Translations under genes and position numbers: made by a program | Shown here: piece by piece, positions 23,985 through 32,000 of the stretch | Position numbering within the stretch: position 1 is the first letter of the stretch | Layout: every line of letters begins with the position of its first letter | DNA from: Geobacter sulfurreducens PCA | GTDB lineage: Bacteria; Desulfobacterota; Desulfuromonadia; Geobacterales; Geobacteraceae | Length of the DNA stretch: 32,000 bases | Assembly (NCBI RefSeq): GCF_000007985.2 | Contig: NC_002939.5 | Location: forward strand, 2,940,001 to 2,972,000 | Direction: 5' to 3' | Notes under the pieces: generated by a model | The model's input: the letters and a program-made list of their open reading frames with translations, nothing else | Databases searched by the model: none | What the model was told of the DNA's origin: nothing

Positions 23985-26777
23985 TCAGTGCTCCTGTTTC
24001 CTGAGCAATGCTCCCCCGAGGCCGGTCAGGATGGGGACAGCCAGTGCCAGGGAAAGGAATGAGGAGTAGAGGTCATGGAAATCGAGCCCTTTTGAAAAGG
24101 TGCCCCGGGCGATGGTCAGGAAATGGGTGGTGGGGTACGCCCTGCCGATCATGGCCCCTGCCCCTTCGAGGGAGGAAACCGGGTCGATCATGCCGGAAAA
24201 CTGGACCGCAGGCAGGAGGGTCAGGAGCGCCGTTCCGAAGAGGGCCGCTATCTGGCTCCGCATGAAGGTGGAGATCACCAGTCCCAGCGCGGTGGCAGCG
24301 GTTACGTAGAGGAACGCGGCCGTGGCAAGGGTTGGGAAGCTCCCCTTCAGGGGAACCTGGAACACGAAGACGGCCAGGGCGGTGAGGAGGAGAAAGTTGA
24401 GCATGGCCAGTGCCACGTATGGACCCTGCTTGCCGAGGAGGAATTCCAGCCGGGTGACCGGAGTGACGTAGAGATTGACGATGGAGCCCAGCTCCTTTTC
24501 CCGCACCACGGACAGAGCGGTCAGCATGGCCGGAATCATCATGAGCAGCAGCGGAATGACCGCCGGCACCATGGCCGGCAGGCTTTTCACGTCGGGGTTG
24601 TAGCGGAAGCGCGTTTCAATGGTGGCAGCCCCGGCCCCGGAGAGAGCCGTGGCATGCTCCCGGGCCAGGACCGACAGCCACTGCGCATGCATCCCCTGCA
24701 CGTAGCCGCGCACCGTCTCGGCACGGGTGGGCATGGCGCCGTCGATCCAGGCCCCCACCGTCACCGGAGCCCCCCTGCGCAGGTCTCGGCCGAAGCCGGG
24801 GGGGATCTCGATGGCCAGGCTGATCTCGCCGGCCCGCATGCGCCGGTCCAGGTCGCCATAGTCGATGATGGGAGGACGTTCGTTGAAGTAGCGTGAACCG
24901 GCGAGGTTAAGGGCGTAATCGCGGCTGAGGGTGGTCTGGTCCCGGTCGAGGACCGCGAAGGAAAGATTCTCCACGTCCAGGTTGATGCCATATCCTATGA
25001 CGAGCATGAGGATAACGCTCCCCAGGAGCGCCAGGGTCAGGCGGATCGGATCCCGGCGCAGTTCCAATGCCTCGCGCCGGGTGTAGCTGAACAGGCGGCG
25101 CAGGCTGAAGAAGCCGCCCCCTTCGGGTCCTCCCTCCCTGGCCGGACCGAGGTCAGAGGGAGCGCGCGGTTGAGGGGAAAGGGCGTGCTCTTGCAGAGGC
25201 GGCGCCATGGCATCGGAGTCCGTGGCCGCCTCCTCAAGGTAGCCGATGAAGGCCTCTTCCAGGCTCGCTGCCCCCCGTCTTTCGATCAGGGCAGCCGGGG
25301 TGTCGCTCACCAGCACCCGCCCCGCGTGCATCAACGAGATGCGGTCGCAACGCTCGGCCTCGTTCATGAAGTGGGTTGAGATGAAGATGGTGACCCCGTC
25401 CCGGCGCGCCAGGTCGAGCATGATATGCCAGAACGCATCGCGGGCCACCGGATCGACCCCCGAGGTGGGCTCGTCCAGAATCAGCATCTCCGGGCCGTGG
25501 ATCATGGCCACCGCCAGGGAAAGCCGCTGGCGCTGCCCCAGGGGCAGGGCATCGGGGAGGCTCTCCATCACCTCCACCAAACCGAATCGCTCCGCCATCT
25601 CCTTCACCCGGGCCGGGATCCCCTTTTCCGGCAGCCTGAAGAGACGGGCGTGGAGCACCAGGTTCTGCCGCACCGTCAGTTCGCCGTAAAGGGAGAAAGA
25701 CTGGGTCATGTAGCCGACCCGGCGGCGGGTATCGATGTCCTGGGAGTCCACGGGACGGCCGAAGAGCCACGCCTCCCCTTCGCTGGCCGGCAGGAGGCCG
25801 GTCAGCATCTTCATGGTGGTCGTTTTGCCGCAGCCGTTGGAGCCCAGGAAGCCGAAGATCTCCCCCCGCCCGATGCGGAAGCTCACGTGGTCGACGGCCG
25901 TGAACTCGCCAAAGCGCATGGTAAGGCCATGGGCCTCGATGGCTGCCTCGGCGGAAACGTCGGTTTCCCGGGGAAAAACCTCTACCGGCCGATGACCTTC
26001 CCGCTGGGATGGGGGAAGAAGGGCGATGAACGCCTCTTCCAGGGCGGCAGTGCCGGTTTGGGCCAGAAGTTCGGCCGGAGAGCCCGTGGCCAGGACTCGC
26101 CCCCCGTTCATGGCCACCAGCCAGTCGAAACGTGCCGCTTCTTCCATGTAGGCGGTGGCCACCAGCACGCTCATCCCTGGCCGTTTGGCGCGGATGCGGT
26201 CGATGAGCTCCCAGAATTGGCGGCGCGACAGGGGGTCGACGCCGGTGGTGGGCTCGTCCAGGACCAGAAGATCAGGGTCGTGAATCAGGGCGCAGCACAG
26301 ACCCAGCTTCTGCTTCATGCCGCCGGACAGTTTGCCCGCCGGCCGATCGGAAAAAGGCTCAAGGCCCGTTGCCCGCAACAGCTCAAGGATGCGGCGCTCC
26401 CGCTCCCGGCGGCCGTGGCCGAAAAGGCGGGCGAAGAAATCGGCATTCTCGAAGACCGACAGGGTGGGATAGAGATTCCTGCCGAGCCCCTGGGGCATGA
26501 AGGCCACCCGGGGGCAGACTGTGCGCCGGTGGCCACGGTCGGCCATGCTCCCCCCGAGCACCTCCACGGCACCGGACTGGACCGCCCGGGAACCGGCGAT
26601 GAGCGAGAAGAGGCTCGATTTACCCACCCCGTCGGGGCCGATGAATCCGACCATGCAGCCGGCGGGGAGATCAAGGGAGATATTCTCAAGCGCCGGGGTC
26701 TTGCCGTAACGGAGACCGACCCCCTTCAGCCGGACCACGGGGGGCTGCTCGGCGGCTGCCGGTTCCCGCGCGTTCAT
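23985..26777 (-). CDS. rbbA: Fused ABC protein with two ATPase domains plus an ABC-2 permease domain (RbbA/YhiH-like)
   Basis: Walker A motifs are GPDGVGKSS and GSNGCGKTT. Signature motifs are LSGGMKQK and LPLGQRQR. The C-terminus is polytopic. The start is ATG 26777 (MNAREPAA), which shares an ATGA overlap with the hlyD-family stop. Confidence 0.9.
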   Translation of the reverse strand: MNAREPAAAEQPPVVRLKGVGLRYGKTPALENISLDLPAGCMVGFIGPDGVGKSSLFSLIAGSRAVQSGAVEVLGGSMADRGHRRTVCPRVAFMPQGLGRNLYPTLSVFENADFFARLFGHGRRERERRILELLRATGLEPFSDRPAGKLSGGMKQKLGLCCALIHDPDLLVLDEPTTGVDPLSRRQFWELIDRIRAKRPGMSVLVATAYMEEAARFDWLVAMNGGRVLATGSPAELLAQTGTAALEEAFIALLPPSQREGHRPVEVFPRETDVSAEAAIEAHGLTMRFGEFTAVDHVSFRIGRGEIFGFLGSNGCGKTTTMKMLTGLLPASEGEAWLFGRPVDSQDIDTRRRVGYMTQSFSLYGELTVRQNLVLHARLFRLPEKGIPARVKEMAERFGLVEVMESLPDALPLGQRQRLSLAVAMIHGPEMLILDEPTSGVDPVARDAFWHIMLDLARRDGVTIFISTHFMNEAERCDRISLMHAGRVLVSDTPAALIERRGAASLEEAFIGYLEEAATDSDAMAPPLQEHALSPQPRAPSDLGPAREGGPEGGGFFSLRRLFSYTRREALELRRDPIRLTLALLGSVILMLVIGYGINLDVENLSFAVLDRDQTTLSRDYALNLAGSRYFNERPPIIDYGDLDRRMRAGEISLAIEIPPGFGRDLRRGAPVTVGAWIDGAMPTRAETVRGYVQGMHAQWLSVLAREHATALSGAGAATIETRFRYNPDVKSLPAMVPAVIPLLLMMIPAMLTALSVVREKELGSIVNLYVTPVTRLEFLLGKQGPYVALAMLNFLLLTALAVFVFQVPLKGSFPTLATAAFLYVTAATALGLVISTFMRSQIAALFGTALLTLLPAVQFSGMIDPVSSLEGAGAMIGRAYPTTHFLTIARGTFSKGLDFHDLYSSFLSLALAVPILTGLGGALLRKQEH

Positions 26778-27847
26778 TGTACGAGTCCCGTTGTCAGGCG
26801 TTCCGGCCACGGGGTAGCGGTGTCGAGCCGCACGTAGGCCATGCCGGGGAGGCCGGTCTTAACCCGGGTGATGTGCTTTTTGAGGAGCTCCACGGGGATC
26901 TGGGCCCGGACGCGGAACATCAGCTTCTCCCGTTCACTGGCCGTTTCCACGGTCTTGGGGGTGAACTGGGCCACGTCGGAAACAAACGACACCCTGGCGG
27001 GAATCACGTACCGGGGAGCGGCATCCAGTACCAGCCGCACCTCGGTTCCGAGCGCAACCTTGCCTGCCGCAGCAGTGGGCAGGAAAAACGTCATGTAAAC
27101 GTCGCTCAGATCGACAAGACTGAGAACCCGTCCGCCGGCGCCGACCACCTCGCCCACCTGGGCGACCTTGTACTGGACCCGGCCATCACGGGGGGCCTTG
27201 AGGGCGCTGTCCCTGATATCCGCCTGGATCCGCTCAATGGTGGCCCGGGCGGCGTCGACCATGGACCCCGCCCCCACCACCCGGGTGCGGGCCGTTGCAA
27301 TGGCAGCCTCGGCGGCGGCAACCTGGGCCCGGGCCGAACTTACGGCGGCTGCGGCGCTTTGGAATCCCGTATAGTCATCATCGGTTTCCTGCTGGGACAT
27401 GGCTCCTTTTGCTGCAAGCTCAGCGGAACGTTCCCACCGTTTGCGGGCATTGACGAGCTCGGCCTCCCGCTGCCCGACCACCGCCACAGTCGCCGCCTTC
27501 TCGCTTTCCCTCTGGGCCAGTTGGCTGCGCTCCGTGGCGATGGCGGTCTGCGTCTGGCGATAATATGCCTCGGCCTCGCGGAGCTGGGCTTCAAGGACTT
27601 CCGTGTCCATAACCGCCACCACCTGGCCGGCGGTGACGAAATCCCCCTCGCGCACCAGTATCTCCCTGACCCGGCCGGCAGCCTTGGCGGCCACATCTAT
27701 CTCCACCGCCTCGATGCGGCCGTTGCCGCCGACCAGCCCCTTGTCCCTGTTGCTCCCGCCGAATTTCTGCCACGCGGCAAAACCCAGGGCCGCCAGCGCC
27801 AGCACCACGGCGATCCGAATCAGCAATCTTCTCCATTGACCGGTCAT
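26774..27847 (-). CDS. HlyD-family secretion/adaptor protein (YhiI-like)
   Basis: GGGGGAG RBS. It has an N-terminal TM anchor, a [39 protein letters not shown] lipoyl-like hairpin, and a long coiled coil. Confidence 0.9.
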   Translation of the reverse strand: MTGQWRRLLIRIAVVLALAALGFAAWQKFGGSNRDKGLVGGNGRIEAVEIDVAAKAAGRVREILVREGDFVTAGQVVAVMDTEVLEAQLREAEAYYRQTQTAIATERSQLAQRESEKAATVAVVGQREAELVNARKRWERSAELAAKGAMSQQETDDDYTGFQSAAAAVSSARAQVAAAEAAIATARTRVVGAGSMVDAARATIERIQADIRDSALKAPRDGRVQYKVAQVGEVVGAGGRVLSLVDLSDVYMTFFLPTAAAGKVALGTEVRLVLDAAPRYVIPARVSFVSDVAQFTPKTVETASEREKLMFRVRAQIPVELLKKHITRVKTGLPGMAYVRLDTATPWPERLTTGLVQ

Positions 27848-27883
27848 GGCTCCCCCGTTCTCTGCTCCCGGAACGCAGACGGC

Positions 27884-28015
27884 TCAGTGCTTGAACAGAA
27901 GGTGGATCAGGTTGATGGGCCAATCCGGGTGCGGCTCTCTGGTTAACACATACAGGGCCGCCATCATGGCGAGCAGCGCGATAAGCACATAGAGGGCTAT
28001 CCTGGCTGGTTTCAC
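27884..28015 (-). CDS. 43-aa single-TM membrane peptide
   Basis: A GTG start at 28015 has AAGGAG 5 nt upstream. The sequence is (M)KPARIALYVLIALLAMMAALYVLTREPHPDWPINLIHLLFKH. It lies 36 nt upstream of the hlyD-family gene. The longer 68-aa track version lacks an RBS. Confidence 0.5.
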   Translation of the reverse strand: MKPARIALYVLIALLAMMAALYVLTREPHPDWPINLIHLLFKH

Positions 28016-28155
28016 GACATCTCCTTTCGCGTCTTCAGGTAGTACCGGGCATCTCCAATCGCCGCTGCCACGTCCCCACGCATCACCCACGGTTCCGATT
28101 CCCGCGGCAATCCGCCGGCTCAGGCCGGCACGGGTGACGGCCTCCCCCAGCTCCG

Positions 28156-28920
28156 TCAGTTGGCCACGTCGTCCTCCCGCTTCATGGTGTACAGCATCCG
28201 GAGCAATTCGTACTCGAACGGCGAACCGGTCTGGCGATAGCGGAACGGTATCCGGTGCCGCCTGTCCACGGCGGAGGTGCCGGTGTAGGCCGCGGTAATG
28301 GCGGCATTGTCGACCCAGGCAGCGGGACCGGCCAGAGTGAAGGCTGCCGAGTCCACGGCAAGGCCGGTTGTGTCCCGGACATTGGATGGCCCCAGGACCG
28401 GAAGGACGAGATATGAGCCGTTCCCTACCCCGTAGCGGCCGAGGGTTTGGCCGAAATCCTCCGGCTGGCGCCTGAGGCCCCAGGCGCCGGCCGGATCCCA
28501 GAGCCCGGCAACGCCGACAGTGGAGTTGATGACGAAGCGGCTCACGGTGATACCGGCGGCCTTGAACTTGAGCTGCAGGAGGTTATTGGCGAGGTTGCCC
28601 ACTTCGCCGATGTTGTCGATGGCACTGGAAACCCGTTCTTCGGCGTAATCGGGCATGATGGTTTCGTAGGTGCGGACAACGGGACGGAACAGGAACTCGT
28701 CGAAATAGTAGTTGAACCGGTATACTCCCCGGTTGAAACCTTCCAGGGAGTCGTCCACTTCAAACATCGGTGACATCCCCTCCTTGACCACATCCTCGTA
28801 GGTGCGCAGGGGCAAGGCGCCGGCGGGAACCGCCTGGGGAAGGCTACTGCATCCCGCCGCCGGCAGAAGGGCCGCAAGGATCACCAACAGGAGCTTGATT
28901 CTCGCAAGGACGGTGCCCAT
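28156..28920 (-). CDS. mlaA: MlaA/VacJ family outer-membrane lipoprotein
   Basis: The lipobox is LLPAAGC/SS. The conserved MlaA blocks are D.LEGFNRGVYRFNYYFDEFLFRPVVRTY, NLLQLK, RFVINSTVGVAGLWD and GNGSYLVLPVLGPSNVRD. Confidence 0.9.
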   Translation of the reverse strand: MGTVLARIKLLLVILAALLPAAGCSSLPQAVPAGALPLRTYEDVVKEGMSPMFEVDDSLEGFNRGVYRFNYYFDEFLFRPVVRTYETIMPDYAEERVSSAIDNIGEVGNLANNLLQLKFKAAGITVSRFVINSTVGVAGLWDPAGAWGLRRQPEDFGQTLGRYGVGNGSYLVLPVLGPSNVRDTTGLAVDSAAFTLAGPAAWVDNAAITAAYTGTSAVDRRHRIPFRYRQTGSPFEYELLRMLYTMKREDDVAN

Positions 28921-28923
28921 GGC

Positions 28924-30210
28924 TCACCTCTCCTTCCCGGCCAGAAAATCGATCATGAATGAGACCACGTCGGGGTGGAACATGTTTCCCATGTGGCCAC
29001 CGGTGGGGAACAACCGGGCTCGTCCGCCAAAGACTCCCTGGAGGTAGTCGATATCTCCCGGAGCGAGAATGATATCGTCCTCGTTATGGATCAGCCCGAC
29101 TTTGTCCGCGTTCCGCAGGTAGGCCTCCTGGGAACGGAGGCTCATGCGCGCCAGCAGAGCCTGACGGGTCAGGGACGGTTCGCGGTGCCGGCGGTTGGGA
29201 AAGAACCATTCGTCGAAATAGTCGGTGAAGCGCGTGTGCAACGAGACCGTGGCGTAGCGGGTGAGGGACGAGGTGGCGGTGAGCCTCGCATTTCTGGGGA
29301 CGATATAGCCGCCACCGTTCATGACGTCGGCGGTGAAAATCATGTTGGCCGCACTCATGCGGAAAGAAAGGCCGATGAGTGCGGCAAGATTCTCCTCATT
29401 GGGAGGAAACCGCTTATAGGCGCTGTAGATGAAATCCCCGCTGAGACTTCCCGGCCCCACCTCCCTGCTGACGTGGGAAAATTCGGCAAAAACGCTGCGG
29501 AACCAGGCGTCGAACTGCTCCATCCCCTGCGGGACGTTCTCCACCAGCAGTTGATCCAGGGCCGCCACTGACTCATACAGGCTGACCGGAGGGTTGATGA
29601 GAAGAACCTTGCTGAAATTGAATCGTTTCTCCTCTTCGTCGAGCCGGGCGACAAACGCCGCGTTGAACGCGCCAAGGCTGTAGCCGGCAAGATCGAAGCC
29701 CGAAACGTCTATGGTATCCCGCACCGCGTCATAGGCCATCTCCATGACCCGGTAGAGATCCCGCGCGTCGTCGAGGGGATCCCCCGGGAGCCCCGACGAG
29801 GCGTTCACCACGAAATCCATATGGGTTGGCGACGTCAGGGAGATGACGTGGAACCCACCCTGGTACAGGGCGCTCCGGAGCTTTACCATGCGTGGGGTGT
29901 TGTGGCTGGCCCCGGTTCCGGCAATGATGAAGACCAGGGGTGCCCGATGGTTCTGGTAGGCCAGGGTGCAGACGAGACCATCTTCGTACCAGAAGGCCGG
30001 CGGGATCTCGCGGGCGGGAAACACCTTCAGGGTGAACTCCCGGGACGGGACCTTCTCGGGAAGCCTGACCTCGAAATTTCTCGGCAACTCCATGACGGTT
30101 GCCTCATAGGGATTTACGAAGGGATAAAAATATGACTGAGGCGCGGCCGCCGCGTTCGGAGCCAGGGGGAAACACGCCGCCAGGAAAAACAGGACGATGA
30201 ACCGCTTCAT
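28924..30210 (-). CDS. Secreted alpha/beta-fold serine hydrolase (lipase/esterase-like), unknown specificity
   Basis: GGAGG RBS. The signal peptide is MKRFIVLFFLAACFPLAPNAAAA. The nucleophile elbow is LAGYSLGAF (GxSxG). Its stop lies 3 nt from the mlaA ATG, and the mlaA SD lies inside its 3' end. Confidence 0.8.
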   Translation of the reverse strand: MKRFIVLFFLAACFPLAPNAAAAPQSYFYPFVNPYEATVMELPRNFEVRLPEKVPSREFTLKVFPAREIPPAFWYEDGLVCTLAYQNHRAPLVFIIAGTGASHNTPRMVKLRSALYQGGFHVISLTSPTHMDFVVNASSGLPGDPLDDARDLYRVMEMAYDAVRDTIDVSGFDLAGYSLGAFNAAFVARLDEEEKRFNFSKVLLINPPVSLYESVAALDQLLVENVPQGMEQFDAWFRSVFAEFSHVSREVGPGSLSGDFIYSAYKRFPPNEENLAALIGLSFRMSAANMIFTADVMNGGGYIVPRNARLTATSSLTRYATVSLHTRFTDYFDEWFFPNRRHREPSLTRQALLARMSLRSQEAYLRNADKVGLIHNEDDIILAPGDIDYLQGVFGGRARLFPTGGHMGNMFHPDVVSFMIDFLAGKER

Positions 30211-30252
30211 GGTGTCCTCCGGAAAACGGTTTGTGGGCGCACCGCCCGCGGC

Positions 30253-31242
30253 TCAGGGGGCGGTGCCCGCCTCCCGGAAAAAGCGTTCGGCTCCGGGATG
30301 GAGGGGAATGACCGCGGCGTCGGCAGCCTCACGGGGAGAAAGGACCTGCAGGGACGGGTGCTGGCGCCTGAAAAGATCGAAGTTCGTCATGATATCCCGC
30401 ACCAGGCGATAAACGGTTTCCTCCGCCATGTCGGAGCGGGTGAACAGTATCGACCGGATACCGATGGTCGGCACCACCCCGGCGTGCTCCAGCACCGGAT
30501 AGGAACTGGTGGGAACCACCGCGGGCAGCAGAAGCGGGTTTTCGGCCGTCACCCGTTCGATCAGCGAGGTGTCGAGGGGCACGAGGACAACCTTCCGGGG
30601 GCCGGTGCTGGCCTCCATGACGGCAAGGTTCGGATGCGACACCGTATAAATGTAGGCGTCGATATCGTTCTTCTGCAGCAGTTCGGAGGCAAGCGAGGCG
30701 GGATGGGTCGAGATGACCACGTCTGAGGGAACGAGGCCGGAGAGACGGAGCAGGGTCACCGCATAGTCATGGTCGAAGGATCCCTCGGCACCGATGTTGA
30801 CCCGCTTGCCCTTGAGGTCTCCCATCCGGCTGATACCGGCATCCGCTGCGGCGACGACTGTCACGGCTTCAACCGGAAGGCCGAGAACGGCTCGCAGGCC
30901 CGGTTGACTCTTTCCCGCCCATCTGCCGGCGCCCCGCGACGCATCCCGCAGTACGTCGTCCTGGGCTATCCCGAAGGCCGTTCTCCCCTCCGAGACGCTT
31001 TCCACATTGGCCACCGACCCCTGGGACGAAACGGTGGCGAGCCGCATGCCGTATTCGGCGCTGCGCCGGTTGAATATCTTGGCTATGGCACTGGACGAGA
31101 CATAGTAGGAACCGGTGGTGTTCCCGGAACCGATTGAAAGCGTGTGCTGCGGAAATGCGGGAAGGGCCGCGGGCGTCAGGAGCAGTGTCACTGCCGCCAA
31201 AAGAGACAGTTTCAACGGTATGAATCTGGAGAAGCAGGTCAT
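30253..31242 (-). CDS. TAXI-family TRAP-type solute-binding protein
   Basis: GAGGAGG RBS and a signal peptide. LSIGSGNTTGSYYVSSSAIAKIF...VSSQGSVANVESVSEGRTAFGIAQDDV is the TAXI (TIGR02122-like) signature as I recall it. Confidence 0.85.
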   Translation of the reverse strand: MTCFSRFIPLKLSLLAAVTLLLTPAALPAFPQHTLSIGSGNTTGSYYVSSSAIAKIFNRRSAEYGMRLATVSSQGSVANVESVSEGRTAFGIAQDDVLRDASRGAGRWAGKSQPGLRAVLGLPVEAVTVVAAADAGISRMGDLKGKRVNIGAEGSFDHDYAVTLLRLSGLVPSDVVISTHPASLASELLQKNDIDAYIYTVSHPNLAVMEASTGPRKVVLVPLDTSLIERVTAENPLLLPAVVPTSSYPVLEHAGVVPTIGIRSILFTRSDMAEETVYRLVRDIMTNFDLFRRQHPSLQVLSPREAADAAVIPLHPGAERFFREAGTAP

Positions 31243-31386
31243 CGGTCACTTCCTCCTCTAGCGTGGAGGATGGATGTTCGATACGCTAAGTCTGTCTCGC
31301 CAGAACCACTACCGGAAAGGATACCACCCTTTCCCGTGTTTGTTCGGGAGAACCTATCCGGCACACGGTCGCGATGCGCACTCTGT

Positions 31387-31773
31387 TCAGGCGGGTGTAT
31401 GCCGGCCTTTCCTCCGGGAAAAGTGCCGGATGTCCGCCAACAGCCGTCCCACATTGACCGGTTTGTCCAAAACCCGGCAGATGCCGACATCTGTAGCCAT
31501 TTCAATGAGATCTGATGTCACTTCGCACGTAACCATCATGACCGGGAGGTCGGGATGCAGTTCTTTTACGGCAGCCGCCAGTTCAAGACCATTCATACCC
31601 GGCATGCTGAAATCGGTTATGACCATGTCGAACGTGGTTTTCCGCACGATGTCGACTGCTTCTGCTCCACGCGAGGCTGAAGTGACCTCCAGATCTTTTG
31701 ACTCAAGGAGCAAACCCAGAACATATAAAAAATTGACATCATCGTCGACGATAAGAACGTTAATTCTTCCCAT
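31387..31773 (-). CDS. Single-domain CheY-like response regulator receiver
   Basis: The motifs are INVLIVDDD, FDMVITDFSMPGMNG (phospho-acceptor Asp) and PVMMVT...LDKP. At 128 aa it has no output domain. Confidence 0.9.
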   Translation of the reverse strand: MGRINVLIVDDDVNFLYVLGLLLESKDLEVTSASRGAEAVDIVRKTTFDMVITDFSMPGMNGLELAAAVKELHPDLPVMMVTCEVTSDLIEMATDVGICRVLDKPVNVGRLLADIRHFSRRKGRHTPA

Positions 31774-31881
31774 ATGAGCACCTCTGCGACAATTTCCCTT
31801 GCCTGCCTGTCAGAGTACAACATATGAACAGCCAACACGATAGAGTTACCCGATCAAATACAACTACGCACAGCATCATGC

Positions 31882-32000
31882 TTAGTAGGGAATTTTCAAT
31901 TTACCCACTATCTTCTGCAACCTATCTTTTGCTTTAGTGAATTCCTGGTAAGACATGACATAGCTATCACGCATTTCTACGCAATCTGACTGAATATCGT
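31882..32000 (-). CDS. Possible 3' end of a low-GC gene running off the right edge
   Basis: On the minus strand the frame from 31998 reads DIQSDCVEMRDSYVMSYQEFTKAKDRLQKIVGKLKIPY, then TAA at 31882-31884. The open frame spans only 38 codons, so support is weak. Confidence 0.25.
   Translation of the reverse strand, partial: DIQSDCVEMRDSYVMSYQEFTKAKDRLQKIVGKLKIPY

Noticed and set aside
25425-27946. 470-aa and 389-aa plus-strand ORFs overlapping the rbbA-like and hlyD-family genes
   Set aside because: They lie antisense to genes with unmistakable Walker/ABC-signature and HlyD motifs, and their composition is low-complexity G/P/R/H.
1-32000. Scan for CRISPR arrays, tRNA/rRNA genes, IS elements, integrases, phage genes and long tandem repeats
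   Set aside because: I recognised none by eye in any frame or in the intergenic regions. There are no regularly spaced repeats, no cloverleaf-like segments, and no DDE, tyrosine or serine recombinase motifs in the ORF track.

Overview
This is a 32-kb high-GC bacterial chromosomal segment; hand-counted stretches are about 60-68% G+C. The gene style (PAS/HisKA kinases, NapH-like polyferredoxin, Tat-DUF362, strong AGGAGG ribosome-binding sites) suggests a Geobacter/Desulfuromonadales-like organism, but that is inference only. I call about 31 protein-coding genes, 3 intrinsic terminators and a few regulatory sites. I saw no rRNA, tRNA, CRISPR array, transposase, integrase or phage genes.

Gene order, left to right:
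- Partial RND membrane-fusion protein and its TetR repressor (minus strand), with two operator palindromes.
- Two paralogous sensor histidine kinases with a small membrane protein between them.
- A polytopic-membrane LuxR-type regulator.
- Divergently from it, a four-gene envelope operon (5688-13008): an unclassified beta-barrel outer-membrane protein, a small lipoprotein, a 446-aa exported protein and a 1242-aa exported helical protein. The last three share an NTF2-like module.
- A convergent stand-alone gene for a signal-peptide-less fusion of a papain-like (C1) cysteine peptidase and a DUF900-like alpha/beta hydrolase. Its Shine-Dalgarno lies inside a perfect 14-bp stem.
- Two EamA/DMT transporters, Hsp20, a YdcZ-like DMT protein and DUF2127.
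- A long minus-strand run: NapH-like polyferredoxin, Tat-DUF362, PanE, a small hypothetical, YhhJ-like permease, RbbA-like fused ABC protein, HlyD-family adaptor, a 43-aa membrane peptide, MlaA, a secreted alpha/beta hydrolase, a TAXI solute-binding protein and a CheY-like receiver.
- The last ~220 bp drop to about 40% G+C.

The best candidates for something undescribed are the envelope operon with its shared module, and the protease-hydrolase fusion with its structured leader.
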